Made by a program: the position numbers and the translations under genes. Under the pieces are notes generated by a model that saw nothing but the letters and a program-made list of their open reading frames with translations, had not been told where the DNA came from and ran no database searches. DNA of 64,000 bases from an uncultured Verrucomicrobiae bacterium (GTDB taxonomy: Bacteria; Verrucomicrobiota; Verrucomicrobiia; Opitutales; JABDGR01): the NCBI GenBank assembly GCA_963765205.1, contig CAVXVB010000004.1, forward strand, positions 1-64,000, in the 5' to 3' direction. This document shows positions 10,784 to 21,031 of this stretch, piece after piece. How positions within the stretch are numbered: the first letter of the stretch is position 1; each line of letters begins with the position of its first letter.

Positions 10784-12592
10784 TCAGGAACTGGCGTTGG
10801 TGTGCAAAATTTTTACAAACGCGTCCTGCGGGATGGCGACCTTGCCGATTTGCTTCATGCGCTTTTTGCCTTCCTTCTGCTTTTCGAGCAGCTTGCGCTT
10901 GCGCGTGATGTCGCCGCCGTAGCATTTCGCCGTCACGTCCTTGCGCAGGGCAGAGACGGTCTCACGCGCGACGATTTTGCCGCCGATGGCGGCCTGGATG
11001 GCGACTTTGAAGAGTTGCTGCGGCAAAATTTCCTTGAGCTTCTCGCACAGCGCGCGTCCGCGGCCCTCGGCCTTGGTGCGGTGGACGATGGAGGCAAAGG
11101 CATCCACCGGGTCGTCGTTGACGAGGATGTCGAGGCGCACAAGGTCGGCCTCCTCATATTCGCCGACTTCGTAGTCCATCGAGCCGTAACCGCGCGTGAT
11201 GCTCTTGAGGCGGTCGTTGAAGTCCACGAGGATTTCGTTGAGCGGAAGCTTGGCGTGAAGGAGGATCCTCTCTTCGTCGAGCGTCTCGGTCTTGTCGCAC
11301 ACCCCGCGTTTTTCGGCGATAAGGGCGAGGAGGTCGCCGATGCTGCCGTTGGGCGTGAGGATGGTGGCGCGGATGGTCGGCTCGGCGATGGTGAGGATGA
11401 CGGACGGGTCGGGCAACTGCACGGGGTTGTCAATTTCGATGGTGACGCCGTTGCTCTTTTTCACGCGGTAAACGACGCTCGGATAAGTCGAAATGATGTC
11501 CACGTCGTATTCGCGGCGGATGCGCTCCTGCACGATTTCCATGTGCAGCAGCCCGAGGAAGCCCGCGCGGAAACCAAAGCCGAGCGCGACCGAGCTTTCC
11601 GGGGTGTAAACGAGCGCGGAGTCGTTGAGGCGCAGCTTGCCGAGGCTGTTTTTCAGTTTTTCGTGGTCGCCGGTGTCGAGCGGGTAGAGGCCGCTGAAGA
11701 CCATCGGGCGCACTTCCTTATAGCCGGGCAGCATCTCCTTGGCGGGCGTGGCGAAGTGCGTCATCGTGTCGCCGATTTTGATGTCATGCACATCCTTGAT
11801 GTTCGTCACCACGTAGCCCGTGCAGCCGGCTTCGAGGGAGGGCAGCGGGCGCGGCCCCGGCTCGAACAAGCCGACTTCCTTGACCTGCACGCGCAGGCCC
11901 TGCGACATGAGCATGACCTCGTCGCCCGCCTTGAAACTGCCGGAAAAGACACGCACATAGCTTATCACGCCCTGATACGTGTCGTAAGTGCTGTCGAACA
12001 CGAGCGCGCGCGTCGCGGGGTAATCCGCCCAGCGCGGCGGGGGGAGGCGGTGGACGACGGCTTCGAGAATGTCGTCAATCCCGATGCCGGCCTTGCCCGA
12101 GGCGAGGATGGCGTCCTCGCCGGGAATTTGCAGCACGTCCTCGATTTGCTTGCGCGAGTGCTCGATGCGCGCGCTGGGCATGTCCACTTTGTTGATGACC
12201 GGGATGATCGTCAGCTTCTGGTTGAGCGCGAGCTGCGCGTTGGCCACGGTTTGCGCCTCGACGCCCTGCGAGGCGTCCACCAGCAGCAGCGCGCCCTCGC
12301 AGGCAGCGAGGCTGCGCGAAACTTCGTAGGAAAAATCCACATGCCCCGGCGTGTCAATGAGGTTGAGCAGATACAGCTCGCCGTTTTTCGCGCGGTATTG
12401 CATCGCGACGGGGTGGCACTTGATGGTGATGCCGCGCTCGCGCTCGAGGTCCATCGCGTCGAGGTGCTGCGCCGTCATGTCGCGCTGCGCGACCGTGCGC
12501 GTGGTCTCCAGCAGGCGGTCGGACAGGGTCGTCTTGCCATGGTCCACGTGCGCGATAATGCAAAAGTTGCGGATATGCGCCAAATCGGGCAT
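10784..12592 (-). CDS. lepA: Elongation factor 4 (LepA)
   Basis: IRNFCIIAHVDHGKTTLSDR, DTPGHVDF, RKDVTAKCYGGDITRKRKLLEKQKEGKKRMK. Confidence 0.98.
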   Translation of the reverse strand: MPDLAHIRNFCIIAHVDHGKTTLSDRLLETTRTVAQRDMTAQHLDAMDLERERGITIKCHPVAMQYRAKNGELYLLNLIDTPGHVDFSYEVSRSLAACEGALLLVDASQGVEAQTVANAQLALNQKLTIIPVINKVDMPSARIEHSRKQIEDVLQIPGEDAILASGKAGIGIDDILEAVVHRLPPPRWADYPATRALVFDSTYDTYQGVISYVRVFSGSFKAGDEVMLMSQGLRVQVKEVGLFEPGPRPLPSLEAGCTGYVVTNIKDVHDIKIGDTMTHFATPAKEMLPGYKEVRPMVFSGLYPLDTGDHEKLKNSLGKLRLNDSALVYTPESSVALGFGFRAGFLGLLHMEIVQERIRREYDVDIISTYPSVVYRVKKSNGVTIEIDNPVQLPDPSVILTIAEPTIRATILTPNGSIGDLLALIAEKRGVCDKTETLDEERILLHAKLPLNEILVDFNDRLKSITRGYGSMDYEVGEYEEADLVRLDILVNDDPVDAFASIVHRTKAEGRGRALCEKLKEILPQQLFKVAIQAAIGGKIVARETVSALRKDVTAKCYGGDITRKRKLLEKQKEGKKRMKQIGKVAIPQDAFVKILHTNASS

Positions 12593-12634
12593 CGGAAACC
12601 GGGTAGAAGACCACGGGCGCAGGGGGAAGGCAAA

Positions 12635-12733
12635 CGTGAAATGCGGAATTCTGAATGCTGAGTGCTGAATTGCAAAGTCCTCGAACTCTTCGGGCAGAAA
12701 TTCCGCACCCGGAACTCTGCGCCCAGCATTTAG
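12635..12733. repeat. Imperfect palindrome of 7-nt units (TGCTGAA/TGCGGAA type)
   Basis: TGCGGAATTCTG pairs with CAGAAATTCCGCA; CTGAATGCTGAGTGC pairs with GCGCCCAGCATTTAG. Confidence 0.7.
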
Positions 12734-12743
12734 AAAGCAGCAA

Positions 12744-12996
12744 TCAATCCTTGCGTTGTTCCTCCAGCCACTTGCCGGAGTCTGTGCGCGGCGGCTTGGT
12801 GCCCCAAATTTTTTTCATCCAGCGGGCGCATTTCATCGGAAAACCGCTTCCGGCGGCTCTTTTTCGGCGGGGTGAGCGCATGAAGGCTGGCCAACGGCGC
12901 GGCATGGCGGGTGACAATCAGTGCGCGCTCGACGGCCAAGCGTCGTTCGACCTCGGGCCAGTTCTGGCGCACCTGACGGATGGTGACGGTATTCAT
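12744..12996 (-). pseudogene. Phd/YefM-type antitoxin, frameshifted near 12835; no intact toxin follows
   Basis: MNTVTIRQVRQNWPEVERRLAVERALIVTRHAAPLASL is a Phd-like N-terminus. The alternative frame gives ARWMKKIWG...WLEEQRKD*. Confidence 0.65.
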
Positions 12997-13031
12997 GCTC
13001 AAAGTATGACCCATGTTTCACTAACCGTCAA
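12994..13031 (-). promoter_or_regulatory. sigma70-type promoter TTGACG-N17-CATACT with overlapping inverted repeat; probably a leaderless transcript
   Basis: -35 at 13031-13026 and -10 at 13008-13003, with the ATG about 7 nt downstream; imperfect IR CATGggTCA-tactt-TGAgCATG. Confidence 0.55.
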
Positions 13032-13082
13032 ACCCCGGCCTTCTGTGGTAATCTCTTAGTCGCTTCTGCCGCCTCAGTCGCC

Positions 13083-13985
13083 TTACTGCAAATCACTCCA
13101 TTCGCAGGCCGGTTTGATGACCAGCGCCTTGTCTATGCGCTTCGCAAAGCCCGCGAGCACGGCGCCGGGGCCGCATTCGTAGAATTCCGTTACACCAAGG
13201 GCGAGCGCCGCGCGCTGGCAGCCTTCCCACAAGACGGGCGACACGATTTGTTTGACCAGCGCGGCTTTGATTTCTTCCGATGCGCGCACTTCTTGGCCCG
13301 TAACGTTGGTGAAGACCGTCAGGCGCGGGGTTTTGAATTCCGCGCCTTTGAGCACCTCCGCATACGCGGCGCTGGCCGAGGCCATCAACCGGCTGTGATA
13401 CGCGCCGGCGACTTTGAGTGGCACAGCCATTTTGAAGCCACGCTCTTTCGCCAGGGCCGCCGCCTGCGCCACTTTTTCGGCTTCGCCGGAAACGACGATC
13501 TGCCCCGGGCAATTCAAATTCGCCAGATCAATGTCGCACTCGCGCACGAGCGCCTCGGCCGCCGCGCGGTCGCCGCCGATGAGGGCCGCCATCCCGCCGC
13601 GCGTGGCTGCGCAGGCCTGCTGCATCAACTCGGCCCGCGCGGCGACCAGGCGCAGGCCCGCCGCGAAATCGAACACCCCGGCCACGGCGAGCGCCGTCAA
13701 TTCGCCGAGGCTCAGGCCCAGCGCGCAGCGGCAATCAGCGAGCCGGCCGCGCTCCTCGAGCAACTGCGCCGCCGCGAAGCCAAGCACATACAACGCTGGC
13801 TGGCAGACGCGCGTCTGGGTCAACTCCTCTTCGGGGCCGTCTAAGCAGATTTTTTTGAAATCGTAACCGAGAACGGCGTCGGCCTCGTCGTAGAGCGCCC
13901 GCGCAGAGGCTGCGTGGTCATAAAGTGAACGACCCATGCCGACGCGCTGCGCGCCCTGGCCGGAAAAGAGCAAACCAATTGCCAT
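13083..13985 (-). CDS. fabD: Malonyl-CoA:ACP transacylase
   Basis: LFSGQGAQ, GLSLGE catalytic Ser motif, LKVAGAYHSRLM, ECGPG. Confidence 0.96.
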   Translation of the reverse strand: MAIGLLFSGQGAQRVGMGRSLYDHAASARALYDEADAVLGYDFKKICLDGPEEELTQTRVCQPALYVLGFAAAQLLEERGRLADCRCALGLSLGELTALAVAGVFDFAAGLRLVAARAELMQQACAATRGGMAALIGGDRAAAEALVRECDIDLANLNCPGQIVVSGEAEKVAQAAALAKERGFKMAVPLKVAGAYHSRLMASASAAYAEVLKGAEFKTPRLTVFTNVTGQEVRASEEIKAALVKQIVSPVLWEGCQRAALALGVTEFYECGPGAVLAGFAKRIDKALVIKPACEWSDLQ

Positions 13986-14242
13986 GGATTAACTTACTGC
14001 CTGTTCGCGCCTTCTGTGAAAAGGAAAAACTGTCGGTGGACGGCACGGAGCGCCGCCCCTACCAGCCGATTCCACCATTTTGGACCTTCTGGGATTGAGT
14101 TAGCTGTTGTCATTCAAAAGATTGTGAAAAATGCTCGATCATCCGCGGCCATCAGCATGGCTATCCTGCCAGCCCCGAGGACGGCGGATAACTCATTGTT
14201 CATTTTGCCATGGCAGCGGTGTCCTGTGTATAAAATGACACC

Positions 14243-16786
14243 ATGGACGACCACCAACTATTGCAGGATTATGTCGAAAGGAACTCGGAAGCGGCGTTCA
14301 CCGAGTTGGTGCGCCGGCATGTCAACCTGGTCTTTGGGACGGCGCTGCGCGTCGTCCAGGATGCGGCGGCGGCGCACGATGTCGCGCAGGCCGTCTTCAT
14401 CAAACTGGCCCGCAAGGCTTGGGCGGTGCGCGATGGGAACGCGCTGCCGGCCTGGCTGCACCGCACGGCCTACCACGAAGCCTGCAACGCCGTCCGCAGC
14501 GAATGCCGCCGCCGGCACAACGAAACCGAAGCCATGAAATTCGCCGACGAGGAAATCCCCACCGCTGCGGCCTGGGAAAAACTCGGGCCGTTTGTGGACG
14601 AAGCAATGCTGCGCCTGAGCCGCGTCGAGCAAAACGCCGTCATCCTCCGGTATTTTGAGGGCAAGTCGCTCGAGGAAACCGGCGCGGCGCTGGGCACAAG
14701 CGAAGCGGCGGCGCGCATGAGGGTCAACCGCGCGGTGGAAAAAATCCGCCAGCATTTCGCGCGCCGGGGCGTGACCATCGCCACCGGCGTGTTGGTGGCC
14801 GCGATGACGACCCACGCTTGCCGCGCCGCGCCCGCGAGCCTGGCGGCCAACCTCGCGCAAACCTCACTGGCTGGGGCGGGGGCGGGCGGCGTCGCCCACG
14901 CTTTCTGGAGAACAATTGCCATGACCACAAAATCCAAAGTCGTTCTCGCCGTCCTCGTGGTGGGGTTGGCCGCCGCCATTCCGCTCGAGATGCAGCGCGA
15001 GGAAATCAGCCAGCTTGAAGCGACGCACACGCAAACCACCCCGCGCGCGAACACGGCCGCCGGCGTCCGGAGTGCCAACTCCGCGCCTCTCACTTTATCC
15101 CAATACGAAGCGGAGTTGAAGCGCATCCTGTCCCTCCAAGGCGGCATGGATTTGACGCGCAGCCTGCTCAATTTTGCAAGCGGCCTAGACGCGGCGACCG
15201 CGCGCGCGTTGCTGGATGATTTGGCCAAGCTCCCGCCGAGCGACAAAAACAAACTCGCGCTCGGCGCGCTGGTGGACCGGCTCGTGCGGCTCGACGCCAA
15301 AGGCGCGCTGGACTGGGCGAACTCCATCACCACCACGCACGGGCGCGAGGAAATATTGGGCATCCTCTTCGACACTTGGTCGAACATTGACCCGGCCGCA
15401 GCCCTCGCCGCCGCCCAAGCCATGGACAAGCCCAGCCTGCGGGAAGCGTTGATCGGCGTGGTGGTGGAGAATATGGTTCGCAGCAATCCCCAAGCGGTGT
15501 TTGACGTGCTGCGCGGACTGCCGGGCAACAAAATTTCGGCGGCCATTTACGCCCAGGTTTTCACCCTCTGGGGCGGCGATAATCCCACCGCCGCAGCAGC
15601 CGCCGTGTTGAACCTTCCCGCGACCCAGAATCGCAACCTGGCCATCCTCGGCTTGGTCAACGGCTGGGCCACGGTGGACCCGGCGGCGGCGCTCGCGTGG
15701 TCGGGGAATTTGCCCGCGGGCGACGCGCGCACCCAGGCCGTGGACGCCGCCCTCAAAGTGCTCGCCCAACAAGACCCGCCCGCCGCCGTGGCCTATGTCG
15801 GCAACGTCACCAACGCGGTGGCGCGGAATCAATTCGTGCAGGATGTCGCCGGCCAGTGGGGGCAGGACGACCCGCAGGACGCCATGGCGTGGGCGCAGCA
15901 AATGCTCACGGGCAAGGCGCTGGAATCCACAGAAGTAGCCTTGGCCGGGCCATTGACCCAGGTGGACCCGCAGGCCGCGGCGAATTACCTTGCGCAAATG
16001 CCCCGGGGCGGCGGCCAGCGGATGTTGACCCTCGTCCAAATCGCCTCGACTTGGGCCGCGCAGGACCCGCAGGCCGACCTGGCGTGGCTGCAAAGCATTC
16101 CCAACACTAACCGCGTGATGATGATGGTGGACGCCGTCAACGACTGGGCCAATAGCGACCCCGCCGCCGCCACCACCTATGTGCAAGCCCTCCCGCACAC
16201 CGACCCAGCCTACAATCAGCTAATCACTGCCCTCGCCAACAACCAAGCCGGCGTGGACGTGAACACCGCCCTGGCTTGGGCGCAAAACCTGCCGGAGGAC
16301 GGCGGGCGCGACACCGCCACGACGGCGGTCATCGCCAAATTGAGTAGCGAGGATCCAGTCACCGCCGCCGCCGCCATCGTCAATATGCCGGCGGGCACGG
16401 CCCAAACCAACGCCGTGCAAACCATCGCCCAAAACTGGGCCAATCTGGACCCCGCGGCCGCCGCCCAATGGGTCCTCAGTTTGCCCGCTGGCGCCATCCA
16501 CGACACCGCCGCCACGCATTACAACAGCATCGCGCAGCAGAGCAATCCCGCCACGGCTTTCAACGTCGCGCTCACCATTGGCAACCCCACGACCCAAAGC
16601 AATCAACTCAACCGCGTCCTCGGATATTGGATGAAAACGGACCCCATCGCCGCCGCCGCCGCCGTGCAAGCCGCGCCCATCAGCGACGCCACCCGCGCGC
16701 GTTTGTTGAATACGCTCGAAAATGGCAACCCGGATACAATGACCCCGGCCCCTGCCGCGCCCGCGGCCGCAGGCACGGGCAATTGA
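14243..16786 (+). CDS. ECF sigma-70 factor fused via a TM helix to a long extracytoplasmic W-x-x-x-DP-x-AA-x-x-W helical repeat region
   Basis: SEAAFTELVRRHVNLVFGTALR, DVAQAVF and LRYFEGKSLEETGAALG...RVNRAVEKIR (sigma2/sigma4); TM KVVLAVLVVGLAAAIPL; more than 10 DPxAA repeats. Confidence 0.9.
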   Translation: MDDHQLLQDYVERNSEAAFTELVRRHVNLVFGTALRVVQDAAAAHDVAQAVFIKLARKAWAVRDGNALPAWLHRTAYHEACNAVRSECRRRHNETEAMKFADEEIPTAAAWEKLGPFVDEAMLRLSRVEQNAVILRYFEGKSLEETGAALGTSEAAARMRVNRAVEKIRQHFARRGVTIATGVLVAAMTTHACRAAPASLAANLAQTSLAGAGAGGVAHAFWRTIAMTTKSKVVLAVLVVGLAAAIPLEMQREEISQLEATHTQTTPRANTAAGVRSANSAPLTLSQYEAELKRILSLQGGMDLTRSLLNFASGLDAATARALLDDLAKLPPSDKNKLALGALVDRLVRLDAKGALDWANSITTTHGREEILGILFDTWSNIDPAAALAAAQAMDKPSLREALIGVVVENMVRSNPQAVFDVLRGLPGNKISAAIYAQVFTLWGGDNPTAAAAAVLNLPATQNRNLAILGLVNGWATVDPAAALAWSGNLPAGDARTQAVDAALKVLAQQDPPAAVAYVGNVTNAVARNQFVQDVAGQWGQDDPQDAMAWAQQMLTGKALESTEVALAGPLTQVDPQAAANYLAQMPRGGGQRMLTLVQIASTWAAQDPQADLAWLQSIPNTNRVMMMVDAVNDWANSDPAAATTYVQALPHTDPAYNQLITALANNQAGVDVNTALAWAQNLPEDGGRDTATTAVIAKLSSEDPVTAAAAIVNMPAGTAQTNAVQTIAQNWANLDPAAAAQWVLSLPAGAIHDTAATHYNSIAQQSNPATAFNVALTIGNPTTQSNQLNRVLGYWMKTDPIAAAAAVQAAPISDATRARLLNTLENGNPDTMTPAPAAPAAAGTGN

Positions 16787-16821
16787 TGCCCCATGATACC
16801 CCGGCCCAATGATTTTACTCC

Positions 16822-18783
16822 ATGAAGGTACGCCGGCCATTTTCTTGCGACTTTTCTGCCAGCACCGCGCTGTTGGCGGCTTTGCTGTTTTCCGGGTGTG
16901 CGACTGAAGCGCCCAATGCTCGCATGGATTTTTTTCCTGCGGCCCTTAATGGGCAAGAAGCACGTCTGATATTGGACACGGGATCAGACCGCGCGTTGCT
17001 GACGGACACGGCGGCGAAACGCCTCGGCCTTAATTTCACGGCTCCACCCGATGGCGTGGTGATGGAAGGGGTGCTGGGATTGTCGGACCCGGTGCGAATA
17101 ACCGCCGGGGCGAAGACCATCCCGGCGCAAGTTCAATTGGGCAACATACCCGGAGTTGACCTGATTATCGGCTGGCCCGCGGTGCGCGACAACATCCTGT
17201 TTTTCGACGGTGCCATCCATGCGGCTGGTGCCATCACCGAACTCCCGGTGGAAACCGCCAACTGGTTGAAATTGACGGTCGCCGCCGATGACAGCACATT
17301 GTCACTGAACATCCCACTGCCCAACGAAACTACAGGCGCCATTTTGGTGGACACGGGCGATTCGGGCGGCGTAGTTTTGCCCCCGGCGCAATGGAAGGAA
17401 TGGCTGGCGGCGCATCCGCAGGCCCCGGTGAAAACCATGCGGCTTACGGGAATGGCGGGCACTGGAGATGCGCAGGCAGCCTGGGCGGATAAAGTCCAAA
17501 TCGGTCCCTTGACGCTGACCGACGTGCCGGTGCGCAATGCCTTGCCTTGGGAAAGCAACGGCAATGATAATTTTGCCGGCTCCCTCGGGCTGGCAGCGCT
17601 GGCGCGGATGGATTTGATCGTGGACGCAAAAAACGGCTTTGCCTACTTGCGGCCTATACCGCCGGGCACCCCAACGGACGTCTCCGGCGCAACAGCCACC
17701 ACGAGGGATTGGGTCGTCGTTGATAATGTGCGTCTGGATCGCAATTCCTTCATGCTTTCGGCGGCCGAATATAAAATCGACACGAAGGATAACGCCGGCG
17801 CCATCGCCGCGTGTGACGACGCCCTCCAAGCCGATCCCAAAAATGTCGATGCCTACACGCTTCGTGCCATTGCGAAAGAAAACCAAGACGACCACGAGGG
17901 CGCGATCGCCGACTGTGATCGCGCCCTCGCCCTCGACCCGCAAAATGACGATGCGGCCACCTTGCGCGCGCTGGCCGTGGAAAGCAAAAGTGGCAACCGC
18001 AGCGCCTTGCCCGCCGTCAACCCGACCTTTGATTCCAACCCGAAAAATTCCCAACCCGGCCTATTGGTCATCTTCAGCACCATGAAAAGGACGGCGGTAG
18101 AGATGAATAACGGGGATTACGACGCGGCCATCACTAACCTCAATTCACTCATTCATTTCCTGCCCGATAAGGGCCATCTGACCGATGATGACTCCGTTTT
18201 CTTCTTAATGCGCGGCGCGGCTTGGGCGGGAAAGGGCGACGACGACCAGGCCCTCGCCAATCTCAGCCAGGCCATTGCCATGGCGCCAAAAAACGCCGAG
18301 GCCTATCTTTTTCGCGCTGGCTCCTGGCAAAACCGGGGCGATTTTGCGCACGCCCTCTCCGACTATGACCAGGGTATTAAATTGTCGCGGGATGATTCGC
18401 GCGACCCGCGTTTGTATCGGGAGCTTTTGATGCGTCGGCGGGGCCATCCGACAAAGAATTTTGCGCAAATCATCGCTGGCTGGAATGAGGGCTGGCCCAA
18501 AACTCTGGGGCAATTCATGGTCGGGAAACTGGACGAAGCAGGGCTGCTGGCCGCCTCCACCAGGGATTATCCCGATGGCGGGACCGGCCAGAAATGTGAG
18601 GCGTATTATTTCATCGGCGTGTTGCGCTTGCTCAATGGGGACATGGCCGCAGCCCGTGATTTCCTCCAAAAATGCGTGGCTGAGAACCCTAAAATGACCC
18701 AGGAGGCTGCCCAGTTCGCCCGTGCGGATCTCGCGCGACTCAACCCCCCCGCAGCACTCGGGGCCACGGGCACGCGCAATTGA
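16822..18783 (+). CDS. Lipoprotein with two aspartic-protease lobes plus TPR/NlpI-like C-terminus
   Basis: Lipobox LFSGC; LILDTGS and ILVDTGD; TPRs; CEAYYFIGVLRLLNGD. Confidence 0.85.
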   Translation: MKVRRPFSCDFSASTALLAALLFSGCATEAPNARMDFFPAALNGQEARLILDTGSDRALLTDTAAKRLGLNFTAPPDGVVMEGVLGLSDPVRITAGAKTIPAQVQLGNIPGVDLIIGWPAVRDNILFFDGAIHAAGAITELPVETANWLKLTVAADDSTLSLNIPLPNETTGAILVDTGDSGGVVLPPAQWKEWLAAHPQAPVKTMRLTGMAGTGDAQAAWADKVQIGPLTLTDVPVRNALPWESNGNDNFAGSLGLAALARMDLIVDAKNGFAYLRPIPPGTPTDVSGATATTRDWVVVDNVRLDRNSFMLSAAEYKIDTKDNAGAIAACDDALQADPKNVDAYTLRAIAKENQDDHEGAIADCDRALALDPQNDDAATLRALAVESKSGNRSALPAVNPTFDSNPKNSQPGLLVIFSTMKRTAVEMNNGDYDAAITNLNSLIHFLPDKGHLTDDDSVFFLMRGAAWAGKGDDDQALANLSQAIAMAPKNAEAYLFRAGSWQNRGDFAHALSDYDQGIKLSRDDSRDPRLYRELLMRRRGHPTKNFAQIIAGWNEGWPKTLGQFMVGKLDEAGLLAASTRDYPDGGTGQKCEAYYFIGVLRLLNGDMAAARDFLQKCVAENPKMTQEAAQFARADLARLNPPAALGATGTRN

Positions 18784-18827
18784 CGCATGCACCCTTTTAT
18801 CTCCCTCTACCTAAAACGCACCTACCC

Positions 18828-19730
18828 ATGAAAGCCACCCTACCCTGCGCCGTCCTGCTTATCTCCGCCCTGCTCGCTGGCTGCGCCGAGCCGCTTGATC
18901 CCTACGGCTTCACCCTCCCTGCGCATGATTCGTGGGTTTGGCCGGAAAACACCACGCTGGCCAGCAGCGACTGGAAGGACGCCGGCGCCGACTCCCCCGA
19001 GCACGCCCTCGAAACTTTTTTGTGGGCCAGCCAAACCGGCCACACCGACCGGCTAAAAGAAGTGACCTACCGGCGCATGGGCTATAAGCAGGAGTATGTC
19101 GAGAAGCCTGACGCCGCGGGCGAAAAACCGCCAGAAGCCGCAGCCCACATCGGTTTGGATGAGACCTATGAATTTCATACCGCCAGCGAGGTGGAAAAAG
19201 TAACTGCGGGGATGACGGACCAGGAACGATTGCAAATTTACGAATACTGGCTGCGGCCCTATATTCGCGGCCCGCTGGCGATGCGTCACATCGGCACTCC
19301 GGAAAGCCCGATCCCCGAAGAACATTTTCTCCCATCCGCCAATTCCACCCCTCCCTCGGGGGCGACAATCGAAAAAGTTGATTTCATCGGCGATTTCGAC
19401 CCCACCATTTACAAATTCAAGCCGATGCTGGATGTCACGATTCTAGCCAGCAAGGTGCTTTCCCACACGGAAGTGGAACTCGACGTGCGGGAGCATTTTC
19501 CCGCCGAGTCCGGACGCCCGCCCTCCTATTTCTATGTGCCCTGCGACTTCCAACTGCTGGACGGCATGTCGTGGAAATTGATCACTGAGCAGGGCTTTCA
19601 TGTCCATGCCGCAACCGCAAACTCGCAAGGAACTTATCCCGCAGACGAAGATGAAATCTCCTATTCCCCCCTGCGAACCCCAGAGGAGATCAAGAAGATG
19701 CCGCCGGGCCGGGCGGTGCAGATTCCATAA
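18828..19730 (+). CDS. Hypothetical lipoprotein
   Basis: Lipobox LLAGC; WKDAGADSPEHALETFLWA motif; collinear with the upstream genes. Confidence 0.75.
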   Translation: MKATLPCAVLLISALLAGCAEPLDPYGFTLPAHDSWVWPENTTLASSDWKDAGADSPEHALETFLWASQTGHTDRLKEVTYRRMGYKQEYVEKPDAAGEKPPEAAAHIGLDETYEFHTASEVEKVTAGMTDQERLQIYEYWLRPYIRGPLAMRHIGTPESPIPEEHFLPSANSTPPSGATIEKVDFIGDFDPTIYKFKPMLDVTILASKVLSHTEVELDVREHFPAESGRPPSYFYVPCDFQLLDGMSWKLITEQGFHVHAATANSQGTYPADEDEISYSPLRTPEEIKKMPPGRAVQIP

Positions 19731-19818
19731 TCCTATACAATATCAAGCACCAGCGCTTCACACGCCGCCGATGCCCAACCCACAAAAAAAGAAGCGGAAT
19801 GAAACCCCAAAAAGGTAT

Positions 19819-21031
19819 GGGCGCCTCTATTAACCCCCAAGCCGCTTGACATTGATAAGACAAGGTGACAGAACGTGACATGCACTACCGAAAATCCGAG
19901 TCGCAAGGAGGTTTGTTCGATTATCACCAGCATTGCGCCGGGTTGGCGGCGCGGGGCACGAGTCTGGACCGGCTGAAGGCGGCGGTGGACTGGGAAGCCT
20001 TCCGCGCCCCACTCGAGCGCCACCTGGCCTATGAGGACGGGGCCAAAGGCGGGCGTCCGGCGTGGGATCCGGTGCTGATGTTCCAGGTGCTGGTGCTGCA
20101 AAAGTTCCACGGGCTGAGCGACGCGCAGACCGAGTTTCAAATCCTCGATCGGTTCAGCTTCCAGCGGTTCATGGGCCTGCGGGCGGGCGACGCCGCGCCG
20201 GACGAGAAGACGATCTGGGTGTTCAAGGAGCGCCTCGGCCCGGACGGGGTGCGGGCGTTGTTCGAGTTGTTCAACGCGCAACTGGCCGCGCGGGGGCTGA
20301 TCGGCCAGCAGGGCAAGATCGTGGACGCCACGTTTGTCGAGGCCCCGCGCCCGCGCGCCGCGCGCCAGCCGGAGCATCCCCCCGCCGCGCGGCAGCAGGA
20401 CGCCGACGCCCGCTGGACCGAGCAAGGCGGCCAGGCGCACTACGGTTACAAAAACCACGCCAAGGCCGACGCGCGCAGCAAGCTCGTGGCGGACTACACG
20501 GTGACCCCCGCCAACACCCACGACAGCCAAAAACTCGACGAGCTGGCCGCGCCCGGCGACCGCGTCATTTACGCCGACAGCGCCTACAGCGGCGGGCCCA
20601 TCGCGAAACAACTCGCGACCAAAAAGCTCGCCGGGCGCATCCTGGAAAAAGCGCGGCGCGGCCATCCGCTGACCCGCGCGCAGGAAAAACGCAACCGCCG
20701 CCAAAGCGCCGTCCGCAGCCGGGTCGAGCACGTCTTCGCCCGGCTGGCCCACTGGCGGGCAGACTGGTTCCGCCGCAAAGGTTTGGCCCGCGCCCGTTTT
20801 GAAATCGGCCTGGCCAACCTGGTTTACAACCTTGACCGCTACGCCTGGCTGCAAAGTGCCGGTTAGAGCCGGACGAATCGCGCCCCGCTGCCGGTTCAGA
20901 GCAAGAAACCCACTCATCATCCCGCCAAACCACCGCGGGCAACTCATGCCGGGCGCTTCCCTCCCGGATGCCGCTAGAAAATCACGCAAAATTACCCTTG
21001 TGTGGCCCAAGCCAAGTTGTTAGAAGTGCCC
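19819..21031 (+). mobile_element. Complete IS5-family insertion sequence (1,213 bp) with 4-bp GTAT target duplication
   Basis: Left end GGGCGCCTCTATTAAC versus right-end reverse complement GGGCACTTCTAACAAC (12/16 match); GTAT at 19815-19818 and 21032-21035. Confidence 0.92.
19880..20866 (+). CDS. IS5-family DDE transposase
   Basis: GGRPAWDPVLMF, APDEKTIWVFKERL, VDAT, HYGYKNH, ADSAY, RSRVEHVF. Confidence 0.93.
   Translation: MHYRKSESQGGLFDYHQHCAGLAARGTSLDRLKAAVDWEAFRAPLERHLAYEDGAKGGRPAWDPVLMFQVLVLQKFHGLSDAQTEFQILDRFSFQRFMGLRAGDAAPDEKTIWVFKERLGPDGVRALFELFNAQLAARGLIGQQGKIVDATFVEAPRPRAARQPEHPPAARQQDADARWTEQGGQAHYGYKNHAKADARSKLVADYTVTPANTHDSQKLDELAAPGDRVIYADSAYSGGPIAKQLATKKLAGRILEKARRGHPLTRAQEKRNRRQSAVRSRVEHVFARLAHWRADWFRRKGLARARFEIGLANLVYNLDRYAWLQSAG

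Noticed and set aside
10757..12661. 634-aa + strand ORF and similar long antisense ORFs (44799-46625, 26809-28017, 31911-33506, 19733-21010)
   Set aside because: Shadow frames of well-supported genes in high-GC DNA; no recognisable motifs.
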